Part shown: in pieces, positions 53,146 to 64,000 of the stretch
Layout of the letters: every line of letters starts with the position of its first letter
Numbering within the stretch: the first letter of the stretch is position 1
NCBI GenBank assembly: GCA_965637545.1
Contig: OZ281494.1
Span: forward strand, 14,136,001 to 14,200,000
DNA from: Phallusia mammillata
Taxonomy: Eukaryota
Direction of reading: 5' to 3'
DNA: 64,000 bases
The notes under the pieces: generated by a model
What the model saw: only the letters and a program-made list of their open reading frames with translations
Databases searched by the model: none
Told to the model about the DNA's origin: nothing
Made by a program: the position numbers and the translations under genes

Positions 53146-54730
53146 AAAATGGGAAGTGTGACGTCAGACGTATTACGTAACAGCCTCCTTCTGACAAGGA
53201 CGACGCCGTATTGTGATGATATGAGCGAAAAAGGTTCCGTTTCTTACCATTTGAGATTACCATGTCTCTTTATCTATGTGCCCTAAATAGATTTTTATGG
53301 GTAAAATTATTTGTTTATGAGAGTCCGTCCCACGTACTGCCGTTTTGAACGTTAAATGCTAAAATTGTATTGAATTACCAAAATGTAAGATTTGGCCAAA
53401 TGTGATGCAATAGCGTTACAGCAATGCAATAAAACGCATTATGTTTGTGCAAAACTACAATGAACTTCTGAAAATCTTGTGATATTCTATTTTATCTATT
53501 TAACGCCCCAACCGATACGCGTGTGTTAGTTTGCTTATGCATGTAGAAATATTAATTAGGTTTAACACGTAGAGCTGGTAGCTGGTTTAGTTTCTGAGCA
53601 TTTTGGTGCATATTGGTGCGAAAACTTAAAGATATTACCTGACCAAATCTTACCGAATTTCTTTTGTTTTATTATTTCTTGCACAACCGACAACCTGACC
53701 AAACTGTTTTGCTTCATATTGTTATGGTGACCCAAAATTACTGAGATTTAAGTTGTGATTTTTTTGACTTGAAATGTGGCAATGCACCTGAATTCACTTA
53801 ATATGCATGTGACTACAAATCTATAATAAACACACCTAAAATATGTTAGTTAAATGGACAATGGCTTGTTTTCAATTTTTTTGTGAAAATTTGACTGATT
53901 TAAATTCGAAAACTGTGTTAACATCGATTAAAAGAGACTTACAATAACGACAATTTTTTTTTCAAAACTTAATTCCGCTTCTTTGTAAGGTACTGCTTTA
54001 GTACGTTAATGTAGAGTATTTAACACTGCGCTTATTTTATTCCCACACAAGTCTACCCAGTAGATTTTTAATAGGTGCCTTCATTGACAATTTTCACACA
54101 TAGTTTCTGTATTGTTTTTTATACTTCAAAATCATGTTTCTTAACTTCTTAACTTAAGATACAGCTTAACTTATGCAATACTTTATTATTACCAATGCAG
54201 ACACCTGACATTAATTTTTTTTGCACTAACCCAACATATATTTTGCGATAGGACTTTGTACAGTGATATTGTCATTCACTGTCGCCATGTTACTTCAGTT
54301 CCACTTTGTTGTTTTCTGTGTATCTTTTTTGTTCTTAAATATAAGTTATCATATTTAAGTTTTCTTGCGGCTCCAGATCGTGCTTTAACTTTCGTTTCCG
54401 TCACCATTAAACCAGTTTTGCCACGAATTACTATGTGTTGTGTTTACAATTATGCAGAAAAGTAAACCCCTGAAAGCTAGAAATGTTTGAGACTATATTA
54501 CTGCTTGCATTTTATTAGGAAGAGTTGGAGTGCGAATGTGTTCGTTTGGGTAATTTACTGTATGTCCGGCTTTTTCCTGTAAGTAGCACTTGTTGGCATA
54601 TAGGCCTACTCTGTCTGCACAGGTCAATGTATCCTGTTTTAATGTAACTTTGCGGTTTGGCAACGTATGTTAAGAAAATAATTGGTATAAGTTTAGGAAA
54701 TGCACACCTCAATAAAATATGTATACGTAC

Positions 54731-54906
54731 CAGCGTTGTAATTCGGGACGGGCTTTCCGGTCGGCTTTTGGTTTGAGTTTCAATATAACGGCCTTGATTC
54801 CGGTCTCACTTAACACGCGCATCGTTTTTGTTGAATCTTCACGGGTCGGGTTTAGGGCTTGCACGTTCGGGGTCGGGCCCCAACTTTAGACTCGCCTACC
54901 ATTCTG
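54731..54906. repeat. Short GC-rich dispersed repeat family (probable decayed MITE); related copies near 14833, 35048 and 46000
   Basis: Copies start (C/T)A(G/A)(A/C)GTTGTAA and contain TCGGG/GGGCTTG motifs. At 35048 the ends CAAAGTTGTAAG / CTTACAAATATG are loosely inverted. No clean TSD. Confidence 0.45.
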
Positions 54907-57900
54907 ATGCATACATACATTTATAGTTTACATTTTATAGTTTGGGTATATATTTAGTTAATAGTTTTCATACAGCCGATACAAACGATGTATATCGCTT
55001 AAAAAGCGGTACATTTAACAATTTATACTGACGATTATCAAAACGTATAGTTTCCACGTTCGTGCAGTTAAAACACTGCTTCAGACTTGAATGGGCAAAT
55101 GATGCTGTCATCATACGCTCTTTTGCATAAACAACATTCCACTGATATATGTGATCTGGTACACATCGACTTCTATGGGTAATTGCACCATCCATTACTT
55201 CATTCGCAAAACATGTTGCACAGGCATGAAAAATTCCCCAGATAACACGAAGCTATATAAGCACTGGTGCCAATATAGTTGCCTGGCAAACTTGTGCTGG
55301 GTGAGGTGAATGTTCTCGTGATGTTAAAATTTTGCAAGATACGTCCGAGTCAAAATAACAAACGAAAATAGAAAAACTCCTACCAGTATAACTTATATCT
55401 AGTCCACTTCAAATTTGACGCCAGCAAAATGCTTTCTGAGTAATTTATCCGTACTAAAATGTTAGACGCTGTAACTTGAATGGGATTAAATGTGATAGTT
55501 TGCTGCATTTGCGATCTTTTTGTTTTTTATTCTTTGTACTACGTTTCATTAGTAACGCCGCAAAATAAAGACAGTGGCGTTTTAATAAACTTCAGCATCA
55601 ACGCCTGCGATTTTTAATTGTTAGGTAACTTAAGATTTAAACGCTCCATTGGGTAAATGATATGTTTCAAAAATAAAAAAATATTGCTTTATCATTTTAA
55701 TGTCTTTTTGGGGCGTTTGAATCAGATGCGCTCTAATTTATACAACAAATCGTTGTTCATTGTTTTCCCGGCTTATGCCCCACGTGAGATTCGTACAATA
55801 GGAGGCAACGGGGTGCATTCGTCTTCAATGTTGTACTGACGTTCGCTGGAAATCATGAAACGCAAAGAATAGAAAATTTGCAATCATTAGGAAGTAAACA
55901 ATACATTTTTTCGAAAGTAAAATTCTCTGACGAAACATAACCAATTTAAGGGTTTCTTTGTAGTCAGGATCCAAGGTCCTATGAGTTAAGATTTAACTGT
56001 TAAATTACAGTTAACTAAGATGTCAAATCAATTAGTGTGTCTTGCTGCATTTAGCGAAGGTACAATGTTGTACGCTGTTTGATGGAAGAGCGAATAAGTT
56101 AGTAATGTGTCAGTCGCTAGTATTGAAGAAGTATGTAATACTGAAAAACACTTTGTTTTTGTTGGCAAACAAGTTGCGTTCTCAGAGTTGTGCGCTAGAC
56201 TGTGGTGATTTGGACACTCTAATTAGACCGTTTTGAGACAGATAAGCCACCAGGCCTAAAACAGTATCGCTTCAATGAAATTTATTCGAGACCACAATGG
56301 ACTTGGAAATGATAAAAACAATTGATAATAAACAGCCTAGCTTCGTAGTGTATATAACGGCCCAGTAATTTTTGCCCGAATCTACCTAAAATGTGATTTA
56401 AAAATCTACCTAAAATGATGTTATGCCAACTTATCGAATTTTAGTAGATCAAACATTTTTTTCCCAAATGTAATAAAATTTAGGACAAAACCCGCGTCCG
56501 ACGGTTTTAACAAATTATCGAAAACAGGGCAAAACGCTTACGTAAGCGCTTGTGTGCAGCTATTTTTTCGTAAACAATTTTATATATCTTATAAAAATTG
56601 AAAAAGGTGTCTCGCGAAAAATTTTCTGCTGTAAAAATGCAACGGTGTGTCGTAACTTCAACGGGAAAAATAAGAGTCAGCTTTGGGCTACAACATGGTA
56701 TACTTGTGGTTAAAACTTACTCTCTGCACAGTTTTAAATTTAAAGTTGTTTGTTGCGTAGAAGCAAGGATTTTGGTTCGTACACGTAGTGCTTGTAAAGA
56801 TGAACTTCGCTTGCCGAAATTGCGCAACAGTTCCCAGACAGCGAAAAAGGTTGCTTTGCTTCAGTTGCTTCCTGGCTATATAGGGTCAGTGAGCCAAAAA
56901 TAAAAGGCTATACCCATCAAGCTTCGTTGTTAAGAACACTAATTCCTAAAATTATGTTTGTAAGTTACAACTTAACAGAAACCTAATTTTGTTTTAAAAT
57001 TTTTCTGTATGTGAACTATTTGCGACACAAATGAATATATTGTACTTGTTTCGGACACATATTAGGTGTGGTACAACCGGTGTCTGTATCATATTCAAGC
57101 TGGAATACTGCGTAACGGTACTGAATAGTTTTGCCACATTTTCGAAACTAAAGACAGCCATTTGTTAGAAAACAACGTGTCCTTGATAAAGTACCAGAAT
57201 TTTACGCTGAGTAAATGCCCACTGCTCCGTGACGACAAGCATACCTTCTTTCGTATTGTGCAGCTAACAGCCACAACGCAAAGCAGAAATCTCGTGATCT
57301 ATGTTTTTTTCCACGCAACGCAGATTCGATTCATCAAAGCTCTGGCTGGCCCGACGAAAACTCTGGAATTTGCGTTTATATTATACCCTGCGTTTTAAAA
57401 TGGTGAAATGTATAGTTGTGAGATGAATGTCAAAAGTCATGTACCGCCAACACAACGCATTGGTGCCTGTAGAAATTTAGTGCATTATACGAATTTGTTT
57501 GTGGACGTTCAGAGGCAAATTGAAAAATCTTTACCATAACAAGTTTATTGTTCGTACGTGACAACTTTCTCGTACCACCACCCACGCTTACACACATAGT
57601 TCTACGTGCCCAGGATTGTTAACCTGGCCAAGACTGTCGCATTGTAGAGCCCCAATCGCCCGGTAAGGCCGGGGCTGTCACACTTCAGCTCACAGCAGGT
57701 ATTTTCTAAACATGCGTTCGTCGTTGAGAAAGGTTTGTAGACCCCGCAACTGTAATGTTCCTTAACGCATTGAAATTTTACTGGACTTTTAGGAATTTGT
57801 TGGACCTTTGCGTGACCCATGGGGGTATTTTACCCTTTTCTCTACGGGCATTAACGTGAGTGGTGGGATAAAGTTCATTGTCGCAATTACGTAGTACTAC

Positions 57901-60099
57901 AAGCATGAAAAAACCTGCTTAAATATCATATTTAGTATCGGTAAGAAAGCCTTAACTAACGCATTACTCATAGATGCGAACACATTCCTTTTAGCAAGTT
58001 GGCAGCCTACTCGAACGTAAAAAGGTTTGCAAAAATATTTTATAGGGTCCATTTGGATTAGCTTGTTCTGAACAATGACTTTGGCTGAAAGCTTTTTACT
58101 ACACATTAATTGCGTTTCTTTTTAAATATGGTTGGTGTTGATTCCGAAAACTCATTTTGTGACTAAGCGTTGACCTAAAACGACTTACTGAAAACAGCAA
58201 AACCGTATGTTTGCAGCGTTGTAATGTGAAACTCGTAGAAAAAACATGGCAAGCCGGCGTTTTTGAAAACAAGCCGTAAAAAATCTTACCCCACGATTTT
58301 CGTGCAAACTTGTTTCTGCTAGGCTGGCATTCGCACGCACGGTCGACGAAGCGGTTAACTGGGGACGATTGGGTAGAAAAAAGGGGGAACGCTGTTTAGA
58401 CTATTTAGTCTGTTTCAGACCAGTGCCCATATTTTTACCCAGAACATTTTCGGGCACACCCTACTCAAAAGTTTCTAAGCTGTGTCAGGGCGAATGGTTT
58501 TTGCAGGATTTAAAACTTTTTGAAGTATTTTTTGCGTTTGTGAGTTTGCTAAAATATTACAAGCCTTGTTTGTTTTTTTAGAATGGAGGCTTTTGTAGAT
58601 TAGAGTTATCATAAGTTTAGTAAACGTTTTAGTGCGATTAGATTGACTGCTTTGTAAATAATTTTGATAAAAGATAAATTGGTGTAATTTATTTTCATTG
58701 ACTTGATACTAAGTTGCTGGTAAGCGACCGACCGGTCCAGTCGAATACAACTTTTTTGTGTCTCAATCAAAAGGGCTTAAATTTCACGTATTTGCGTTGT
58801 AATTAACAGGTCTTAGTCACAACGCGGAAAAACACGGTTTGGTGCTTGTGCTCTAAATGGACGTTCGTGAAAATCTTTTGCCATTGTTTTAGGGTAAAAT
58901 GAAAAGGCTATAAACCAGCAAGTTTTGTCGTCTATATGATTTTTCTAATTATTCTTCTCGTTTACTTTTCGTCTTTAAATCGCTTTGCGTTATGCACTAA
59001 TTGTTGTAGGCATAGTTTGTAAGAACAAATTAAGTCATTTAAATCATTTACGCAAGCAGACAAAAAAGTAATAATTGATGGATATCTTTACTGTAAAGAA
59101 AAAGTAACAGATTTAAAGTTTACTGACATCCGATTGCAAAATCTTCACGTAATCTACAATAGGATAATACGTGGAAATGTTCGGACTTTAATTTGTAGTC
59201 GATTAAAAAAAAACGGTTTGCCCTATTTAAATTATGTTGTATTCGTTTTGATTTGGGATATTTCTACATATTTAAATTTTTTTAACAGGCAAATTCCCTG
59301 AAGTGACAGTAATACGATGCACCTTTGTGTTGTAAAGAGTTTTTTGGCAGACGAATTTCCATGAACATTTCCAAACCCCAACGGTAACAATAGGACAATA
59401 TATGCTGAAAGTAATCATCGTTTTGGTGATAGTTGCTACAAGTAAAACAAAATTGCCACACTTGCGTGTGAAACGTAGGCACCTTCGCAAACCGATATTA
59501 AACCATCAGACCCACAACCGTTTGCGAAAGACTCACATCATTGCCCATCGGTTTCAATACAACAGCGCCACTTAGCGGATGAGTGTTTGGTCTTGATTAA
59601 GTAAGAAAATGGTGCATACTGTAAACGTTACTAGTCCATTTTGTAACTTTATCAGTTATTAGTAACCTAGTTCGTTGTTTATGTGTTTTGGGAACGGAAA
59701 TAGGAAGAAATTTGAACGAAAAGCAAATGGATGTTTTACGTTAGTCTTAGTGCTTACATTTTTTGGATCAAAAGTTTATTTTACCACGCGATGACTCACG
59801 TTGACAGGTTGTGATTATTAAGTTTTGACGTAAAGGGTGACGTGTAAAGAGTACGCTTTCCGCATGACTTTCCCTGTTAAATTATGACTTTAGGAGTGCC
59901 ATAAACGGCTGACGTAATTTTGACGAATCGTGACGCGCTGGGAAAATCTATTTCGGCCAACTCAATACCACTCCTTTTGTCATCGTTATAGAAATACAAC
60001 AAAGTAGTAATTGTAGTTGTACTAAACTTGCAGTTTGAACTTTTTACGTGTTTTTTTTGCGGTAGACGAAATTACAATATTAAGCGATATTACCTGCGA

Positions 60100-60150
60100 A
60101 TGAATGACGTCATCGAAAGGTTTAAGCGACGTCATCAAGTATAAAGATGA
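60100..60150 (+). promoter_or_regulatory. Candidate TATA promoter with two CRE/ATF-like sites for the CUB-EGF gene
   Basis: TGACGTCA 60105-60112, CGACGTCA 60127-60134 and TATAAA 60140-60145, about 100 nt upstream of the ATG at 60247. Confidence 0.45.
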
Positions 60151-60246
60151 CAAAACCGTTTGGTTTTAATTTTTTTATTCATCTAGAAGTGAGGTGATTT
60201 AACTTGTGTTTTATTTGACTGGGGTTTAGTTCAACCCATCATAAAC

Positions 60247-63200
60247 ATGGTAAGGTACCTGACCAATTGCTTCGTGCTGCTAGTCTTTTTAGCACTAACG
60301 AAAGGACAGCCAACTGTCACCAATCCATCATTTGACGCCTACATGTCTGTTGGTAAGTTATTTACTTAATGTTTTACTACTTCACAAGTTGGACACATTT
60401 TCACTTTTCCTGTTGCATGTTCAAAATCCGGAAGCACTGCTTTTGCGCGTGTTACCTGTAAGGATACGACGCGAGTTAGTGCCATCTAGGGTAGGATTGC
60501 CACACGTCAGGATTTTCGCTGACATGTCAGGGAATTTAGTGTTTAAATCTGCGTCAGGGAGAAATGTTAAAATGTACTTAAAAGTCAGGAATTTAAGGAA
60601 AAAAAATATATACTATATGAAATTAATGTACCAACGGAGAAAGTTTAGTTAGCTGCAACCGCGTCTATACCATGAAACGTAACGATGTAAACCAGTGGTT
60701 CTCAAACTCGTTTTCGGGGCCGCATGCGGCTCCCAACTACTTATTTTGCGGCTCGCACCAGACCTCAGAAAACCACCAAACATTGCTATTTTAGCTTTCA
60801 AAGTAATAATCTTTAGTGATTTTCTCAAGGTTTCGTTTTTTTGCGACTCTCTGCCCACTTAAAAAAATACCATTTGGCCCCGACAATAAAAAAGTTTGAA
60901 CACCACTGATGTAAACTGACGGCGCGCATGTTAACGCACAAGGTTGCTGTTTCGTTTTGCAGTGTGTGTGCGCGTGTAACAATACCTGTTTGTTACCCGC
61001 GTCTGAAGAAGACACAGCGTTCAATGCTACGTGGAAACGTAGAAAATTTTATTTGCTTTAACTGTGTACCTAATATGCAGGGTACTAACTAACAACAAAG
61101 GTCGAATGTCGTGAGACATAAAAACGGTTTTACAGTGGCATTTTATTTCAAATTTAAGGAGGTCTTCGTGGTTCTCCGTGTTTTTGTTTTGTGTGAAATT
61201 TGTCCGATTGGTTTTTAGGTAGTAAAGGTTGGCCACCCCTGTAATATGTGCTTATTGTTTCAAGGATAGTAAGAGTAGTGAGCTTAGCCTTATAAACTTA
61301 ACTAAACAGAAGCCTACGCGAAAGTTAATTGGCAAGGATCAGAGTATCGTATCTAACGGTTTCTCTTGCTCCGTCCGCGTTGCTTCCGAATATTCTAAAT
61401 TTATCCCCGAATAGAAGTGTTTGGACAGCAAAAACGTAGCGGTTCTCAAACTGGGGTCCGCGAAAAGTAACGTAGCGGTTCTCAAACTGGGGTCCGAGAA
61501 AATGTGGAAGTAATTCTTATTTGGCGTCAGTTTGTGTAACTGAATAAAATCAAAGTGAGAATCGACCGTCTCCATTGCTAAACAATAGCCTTTATTGCAT
61601 GACAACTAACAAAAATGCAATTGTTTGCGCACAATCTGATGTTTTGTCTTGTTTGTGATGTCAAATTTGGATCAATGTTATGCGCAATTTTGCATGTCTA
61701 TCGTTTTTCTGAAATACACATTCAGGCTTAAGGACCGCGAGTCCTCGAAATAATGGCAAAGGGGCCGTTTAGAGAAAATAACGAAAAAGTTTGTGAACCA
61801 CTGGGTTAACGCAACTGAGATAAACTTTGTCAGGGATTGTGTTGTATAAAATATGGCAACCCTAATCTAGGGTTGTCATCAAACAAATAATTATTTGATT
61901 ATTTGAAAATGTATCAAATAATTTTCTACTCAGTTAAAAAATCAAGTATTTTTTTCGGATGCATTAAACCTCAATATATGTGCAAAATCAGTTTGCACAT
62001 CGGTGACATTTTTATGAAATTGTGGCTACACAGAAGCACTGCAACTTATGTTTTCAGCCTTATATTAATGTTCATTAACCCATGCGCCAAAAATGTTGGA
62101 CAAAAAACATGATAGTTTACTGTTCATTCCGGCATTAGTTACACCCAGAAATAATTAAAGTTATTTAAGCAAGAGAATAAAATGTTGTAGATCACAATTC
62201 AATTCCGCAAGTATTTAGAAAAAACTGTTAAAATAGAGTATAAAAATAAACTTGAAAATACAAATAGTTTTGCCAAATTACAGAGAATAACTAAAGCATG
62301 TCTCTATCTGTACTAATTTATCCTTTTTACAGAAAAAAAGATGTAGCCTAGAAACAACAAATAAAAGCTTACAAAATTTGTTTAGCAATTTCAATTATCC
62401 TCATTTAAATCTGGGCTTTATGTATCGGGTATTCTAAATTATTTGAATTATTTAATTAAGTTATTTGATTTGAAAGGAAAACAATTATATGATTATTTGA
62501 AAAATTAAAAACCTTTATTTGATAACAGCCCTAGTGCCATTAATACTGTTTTGTCTCATCCATTTCAGCCATGCACACTTGTGGACCTGACAACCCGTCT
62601 GAGGGCGAAGTAATCCCGCTGACTGAGAGATGTGGAACTTTGTTGTCCCCTTGCTTCGGTGTGCGAAATTATCCCTTGGAAATCACGGAAGGACTTCGCC
62701 TTTGGTATCTTAATTTTGCACAACCGATAGCTGGTGAGTATGCACGCTTTGCCAATACAATTTTGTGTAAAATATATCTCTCTGCTGTCGTTTTTGACGT
62801 GCAAATACCTATACGATGGTGATTAATAGGATACTTTACCAATCTGTTGAGACTAACTTAATTACAAATTGTTTTGTTATTACAACTTGAATAATGTTTA
62901 ATGCTACAACTTACTTTAACTCCAAAATCAGTTCCACTCTGCAACTATTATTTGCCCGTCAGTTGCAGTGTTTAATATAGGACTCTGTCATTTCATAAAG
63001 GTCTTCGTCTCACTGCTAACCAATTTGAAACAAACGGCATCAATGGTATTCTTTACATTGGAAGATCTGTGGTAATGCCCACAGGAATATTCGGAGTTGC
63101 GAGGTAATAAGTCAAATCTATCTTAAATGGAAATATTTCGCATCAATCGCTTTTGTTTTATCTCAATAAAGAGATTTTGAAATTTATGGAAGTCTTACTG

Positions 63201-63945
63201 GAGCTGCAATGAATCCGTTTACATTTAACTTTACTACTGCGACGGGTTCTACAAGAGACGGAAACACCTTTTTCTTCGATAACGTGGAAACAGCATTATT
63301 TATGAGCTTTTACTCATCACTCGAACCGGCAAATTCGGGATTCAATATCTCTTATTGCCTCGGTAATCAGTCTTCAAAAACTTATCTCAATTTTCAACCT
63401 TTTAATTCGTGGTCGTTTAAAGCGTAAGTCGTCAGTTAAACCCACGTTTACTAAATAAGAGAGGAATTCAGGCAAGTTCACAACATTTGATATTGATTGA
63501 CTTGCGTGACTTTTATAATCATTTCAAGACAATACGTTTTTTAATGCCTGTTACTGATAGGTAAAAGTTTTAACCTAGTGCTACGAAATTCTGTGTTGCA
63601 GATGTGAACATGTGTGCTGATACTACTTTCTGCACCAATCCTGCTAGGGGTACTTGTGTTCGAAACGGATTTGAAGAATATTCATGCAACTGTATGAGCA
63701 CATTTACTGGCGCACGCTGCGAAACAGGTATAGAAAACGACATGTTGCCAAAGATTGACTTGTATTGTCGAACAAAATAACAAGTTTTGTTTCTGATGGT
63801 TGTGTAATAGATGTCGATGAATGTACTCCTGCACCTGGTGCATGTGATCCTATAGCAGCGTGCACAAACTCTGAAGGATCATTTTCGTGTGCATGTCCTA
63901 CTGGATACAATGGAAACGGAATTGCTGCATCGGATGGATGCACCG
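60247..63945 (+). CDS. Secreted CUB + EGF + calcium-binding EGF protein, 5' portion (continues beyond the window)
   Basis: Exon 60247-60352 encodes a signal-peptide-like MVRYLTNCFVLLVFLALTKG-QP. Exons 62569-62704, 62981-63103 and 63172-63362 are CUB-like (GTLLSP..NYP..W, LRLTANQFET, FMSFYSS..NSGFNISY). 63602-63727 is an EGF with 6 Cys. 63811-63945 is a cbEGF (DVDEC..CTNSEGSFSCACPTGYNGNG). The EGF exons are flanked by phase-1 introns. Confidence 0.85.
60693..60908. mobile_element. hAT (Buster-type) MITE
   Basis: TIRs CAGTGGTTCTCAAACT / AGTTTGAACACCACTG. Perfect TSD ATGTAAAC. Confidence 0.9.
61437..61803. mobile_element. Decayed hAT MITE with tandemly duplicated left end
   Basis: TAGCGGTTCTCAAACTGGGGTCCG at 61437 and again at 61473 (36-bp period). 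Right end AGTTTGTGAACCACTG ends at 61803. Confidence 0.65.
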
Positions 63946-64000
63946 GTCAGTGGAATAAATGATTTCTAACTTAATTGTAAACGGTGTAGTTTGCACACTC

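Noticed and set aside
56126-56137. AAGAAGTATGTA resembling the 3' half of miR-1
   Set aside because: The seed half (TGGAATGT) is absent and there is no precursor hairpin.

Overview
AT-rich, intron-containing animal genomic DNA, most consistent with an invertebrate chordate such as an ascidian (inference). Exons were assembled by hand from GT-AG sites with intron-phase checks. They support five protein genes: the 3' part of ATG14 (+, 49-3907), a kinesin-11/KIF26 gene (-, 9096-21624), FAM177A1-like (+, 24383-25953), a Sec23-type Zn-finger + vWA 'circularly permutated Ras protein 1-like' gene with no Ras domain (+, 27793-53145), and the 5' part of a secreted CUB-EGF-cbEGF protein (+, 60247 to the window end). 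The most striking object is a young Penelope-like retroelement (RT + GIY-YIG) at 4206-7288 between the converging 3' ends of ATG14 and KIF26. It is 5'-truncated, carries an apparently identical 749-bp inverted copy of its own 3' end, has a 13-bp target-site duplication, and has a minimal hammerhead ribozyme motif on each strand. Introns hold many hAT MITEs with 8-bp TSDs (Buster-type nnnTAnnn and TAGGG-type), a tRNA-derived SINE head nested in one MITE, and a Helitron/HINE-like tandem-repeat element. The region 53.2-60 kb has only unresolved exon-like segments.
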